Positions 59,448-64,000 of a stretch of 64,000 nucleotides of DNA are shown here, in pieces. Every line of letters begins with the position of its first letter. Position 1 is the first letter of the stretch. Under the pieces are notes generated by a model. It ran no database searches, was not told the origin of the DNA, and saw only the letters and a program-made list of their open reading frames with translations. Origin of the DNA: Octopus vulgaris (lineage: Eukaryota); assembly GCA_951406725.2 (NCBI GenBank), contig OX597828.1:47368001-47432000 (forward strand), read 5' to 3'. The translations under genes were made by a program, and so were the position numbers.

Positions 59448-59855
59448 GTGGTGCTATTAAGTTAGACATGGCCTGGACCAATCTCTGGTCAAAACATATC
59501 TAAGTTTTTATATATATATAATATAAAAATAACAGGAACCAAGAGGTGGAAGGAAACGACGAATCGGAACGAACCTGACGCGGGGCGCTGTCAGACAATA
59601 ATGTGATAAATAAAAATATATATAATATATGAAAGGAAAGTTAGCTTGTTATTTCAACTGGTTAAAGCGTCGTGTTAATATCGTGATTGCCGTTGATTCG
59701 ATCCCCATACATACCACGTTTAATTGCATTTTTTTCTAATTATCGTTCTCGAGGCGGTGCCAGAGCATAGACGCACTCAAATTACTGAATCAATTATCAA
59801 AAACGCATATATATTGTAATATATATATATGTATGTATGTACCTATATCTATCTA

Positions 59856-59985
<130 letters not shown>

Positions 59986-60194
59986 ATCATTAGTAATTAT
60001 AGATAGTCTCCCGTTTAGATTTCAATTAAAAAGGAATAATTATTATTTAGCTCTAATTATCCTTTAATTGAGTATCAATTTAGACTTTATCAAAATTACC
60101 ATGGAAGTCGTTCGCTATACGCGTAGGCTGTGTTTCATTATTTTCTTTCGGCTCCAATCTCCACCAACACCGCCGCCACCATCAACATCCTCAA

Positions 60195-60262
<68 letters not shown>

Positions 60263-60468
60263 CAATCAACATCACCATTATTATCATCGCCTTTATCGCT
60301 ATCACCATCACCATCATTAACGTTCATTCTACTCTCCTCAACTCTCTCTCCTCCTCTCTCTTGCTCTCTCTCTCTCTCTCTCTCTCTTCTTTTGACTAAC
60401 TTACTCTGTCTAAATCAATCTGTACGTCGATGTTTCTGTCTTTCTTTATCACCACTCTCTTTTTATAT

Positions 60469-60503
<35 letters not shown>

Positions 60504-60657
60504 TATTCATGCATATAGATATGTATATATATATATATATACATATATCATTATATATTCACAGCCCTATCTCTATTTCTCTTTCCCTCTCTTCTTATCT
60601 CTTTGTTGTTATAATGCTCACTGGTTTCTCGTTATAGATACATACACACACACACAC

Positions 60658-60722
<65 letters not shown>

Positions 60723-60874
60723 GATACATACATACATACATAAATATGTGTGTGTGTGTGCATGTATGTATATACTCATACACACACACATATACATATA
60801 TAAATATAAATGTATGCCTATCACTGAACTCAACACGTTCTTTTTTTTTCATTCTCTCTCTATTTCCTCTTATT

Positions 60875-60912
60875 CCTTTTTGTCGAAGAGCGTAAGCTCG
60901 AAACGTAAAAGG
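60875..60912 (+). ncRNA. Degenerate minimal hammerhead motif, same family as 8030-8067
   Basis: CCTTT-TTGTCGA-A-GAGC gtaa GCTC-GAAA-cg-T-A-AAAGG. Stem I covaries with the 8030 copy. Confidence 0.55.
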
Positions 60913-61039
60913 CTTTTCCGTTTTTCCTGAGCGTCAAAATAATACGCTTGTTGTTATTACACCGGTCTTTGTTTTTCTATGAATTTGAACTATATATACG
61001 TATGTATGTATGTATGTATGAACTTAGATACATAAACAT

Positions 61040-61142
<103 letters not shown>

Positions 61143-61157
61143 TATATATAGAGAGAG

Positions 61158-61239
<82 letters not shown>

Positions 61240-61671
61240 GCAGAAGTGTGCGTGCGTGGATTTGCTTCTGTTGTTGTTACCATTATAATGGTTGATGTCA
61301 TTCAAAGAAGAGAAGGGAAAGCGTGAACCAGTGTCTTGTTATTTTCGTGTAATGACCTATTGTCTTCCTACTTAGCCACAAACACAAAATCTAGTTCTTT
61401 ATTCTATTGAACACTTAAAGCTGTATCGCACATTGTTGTTGTTGTGGTTGCGGTCGCTGCTTCTGTAGTTGTTGTTCTTGTTGTTGTTTTTGCTGTTATT
61501 GTTGTTGTTTTTTTTTCCTCTAGTTTCTTACCATTGTTCGTGATATTGCAAACATTTTCTGTACCAGCTCCTTGGATGCACTCTCACATATTAATACACG
61601 GATACACATCAGTGCGTTTATATGTATAATATATATACATACGTATGTATGTATGTATGTATATACATCTG

Positions 61672-61709
<38 letters not shown>

Positions 61710-61817
61710 TGTATGTATGTATTATGTACGTGTATTTTTGTGTGTGGTGTGCGTGTGTGTGTGGTATATGTATGTGTACATATGTGCGCATGCATGTGTG
61801 TAGTGTATGCGTGTTCC

Positions 61818-61856
<39 letters not shown>

Positions 61857-62145
61857 GACCGTTTATTCATGCATTATCAGACTCGTGTATACACACACAT
61901 ACACACGCACGTACATACGCAAACATGCGTGCGCGCACACACATACACACACACGCACTTACACACATACGCACTTACACACACACGCACTTACACGCAT
62001 GCAGACGCACTCATACACATGCAAACACGAATGTTATCATCGTCATCATCGTCGTCATCGTCATCTTAATCATCATCATCGTCATCGTTGTCGTCGTCAT
62101 TCTCGCCATCTTTATCTATAAATATATGTGAATGTGTGTGCGTGA

Positions 62146-62177
<32 letters not shown>

Positions 62178-62934
62178 ATGGAGTTGCGTGTATACACATA
62201 TAAGCACATATTTATACACTCGTAAACTCATGTGTTTAAACAGATATTCTTACAGAGACATGCAAACACACACACATGCACACATGCACACACATATACA
62301 CACACATGCACTCACACACGTACAAAAGCGTGAAACCCTCCTCTTCATCATCATCATCATCATCATTCATAAATGTATGTATGTGTGTTTGCATGTGTGT
62401 GTGTGTGTTTGTGTGTGTGCGTTAGTGTATGTGTGTGCATGTGAGTGTGATGATGACAGTGACCACGAATATAAGGAGGTTAATGTCAACGATGAGGATG
62501 AAAATGTTTACATCGATGGCGACAAAGATGAAGAGGGAGGAGGCAGCGGTGGCGGCGGCGGCGGAGGAGGAGGAGGAGGATGACGGTGATGATACTGAAG
62601 ATGAAGACGATTAGCCTTCGTTATATTCCTTTTGTAGTTGCGTTTTTTAATAACGATCCACTTATTATCGTTCGCCAGGCGGCTCTAGCAGTCACTTCCG
62701 GTCGGTCTTTGTGGCTGTGTAAACACCATTTTACAATGGTGCCCACTCGCGCGCTTCAATTTGCCATTATAGCAATGGGCTTGTTGGGTAATGATGCTTC
62801 GAGACAAATCAACAGAGAATCGGACAAACAGACAGACAGGAAAAGAAATAAGAGTAAAGGAAAGGATAGAAAAAGAAAAAGAAAACAGAAAGAATGAACG
62901 TACGATAGAATGAATGTAAGATAGATAGATAGAT

Positions 62935-62990
<56 letters not shown>

Positions 62991-62998
62991 ACAGACAA

Positions 62999-63075
<77 letters not shown>

Positions 63076-63199
63076 CAGATAGATAGATAGATAGATATGG
63101 ATAAATTCTTGAAAAATGAAAGAAAAAGTAACTTAGTGACGAAAACAGGAAGACAGGGAGAGAATAAATTGAAAAATAAAATGAATGAGAAATAAATGC

Positions 63200-63432
63200 A
63201 GAAAAAGTAAAGAAAGAAAGAGAAGAAAGAAAGAAAGAAGGAAGGAAGGGAGGAAGGAAGGAAAGAAGGAAGGAAGGAAGGAAGGAAGGAAGGAAGGAAG
63301 GAAGGAAGGAAGGAAGGAAGGAAGGAAGGAAGGAAGGAAGGAAGAAAGAAAGACAGAAGGAAAGAAAGAAAGAAAAAAGAAAGAAAGAAGGAAAGAAAGA
63401 AAGAAAGAAAGAAAGAAAGAAGGAAGGAAGGA

Positions 63433-63524
<92 letters not shown>

Positions 63525-63688
63525 ATGAATGAAAGAAAGAAAGAAAGCTAGATAAAGAAAGAAAGAAAGAAAGTTTGTTAAAGAAAGAAAGAAGGAAGGA
63601 AGGAAGGAAAGGAAGGAAGAAAGAAAGAAAGAAAGAAAGCTTGTTAAAGAAAGAAAGAAAGAAAGAATGAAAGAGAGAAGGAAAGGAA

Positions 63689-63746
<58 letters not shown>

Positions 63747-63750
63747 AAAC
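63200..63750. repeat. Compound (GAAA)n/(GGAA)n polypurine tract
   Basis: Directly visible. Confidence 0.95.
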
Positions 63751-64000
63751 TTGTTAAAGAAAATTCGAACATAAAGAGAGAACGAGAAAACCTCAATAAG
63801 CAAGGAAGGGGAGACAGAAATGAAAACGCTAAATGTTAGACAAAATGTAGCGATTGGCCACATTGGGAAACCGGAAGTAGGGACACGTACGGAGAAATAT
63901 TACCGGAATGGATATAGTATATAGAATATGATATACAGAATACAGCATATTGAATACAGAGTATGGTATATATATAGATTGCAGAATACATACGAGACCG

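Noticed and set aside
62685-63863. 392-aa ORF, the longest in the track
   Set aside because: It is the translation of (TTTC)n, (TTCC)n and (TATC)n repeats.

Overview
Eukaryotic, AT-rich, extremely microsatellite-dense DNA. The repeat content (tRNA-derived SINEs, mariner/DD37D, Helitron, RTE and R4/Dong-type LINE relics) looks like an octopus/coleoid cephalopod genome; this is an inference, not a database match. Almost every ORF in the supplied track is a microsatellite artefact. I can support one host gene: a + strand PRD-class Q50 homeobox gene, most likely homeobrain (hbn), with exons 23148-23566 and 26160-26684, the canonical intron between homeodomain residues 46/47 and a C-terminal OAR motif. 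Its 5' exon could not be located with confidence. Two signals stand out. (1) Eight type-I hammerhead ribozyme-like motifs plus one truncated copy, from about six different short repeat families, mostly flanked by (TA)n tracts and sometimes with partial inverted arms. This fits Penelope-like pLTRs or retrozymes. The motifs include the three 3-8 core pairings C3-G8, U3-A8 and G3-C8. (2) A local inverted duplication (20133-20516 vs 24998-25566) brackets the first homeobox exon and could form long dsRNA in the pre-mRNA. All coordinates were read by eye and repeat boundaries are approximate.
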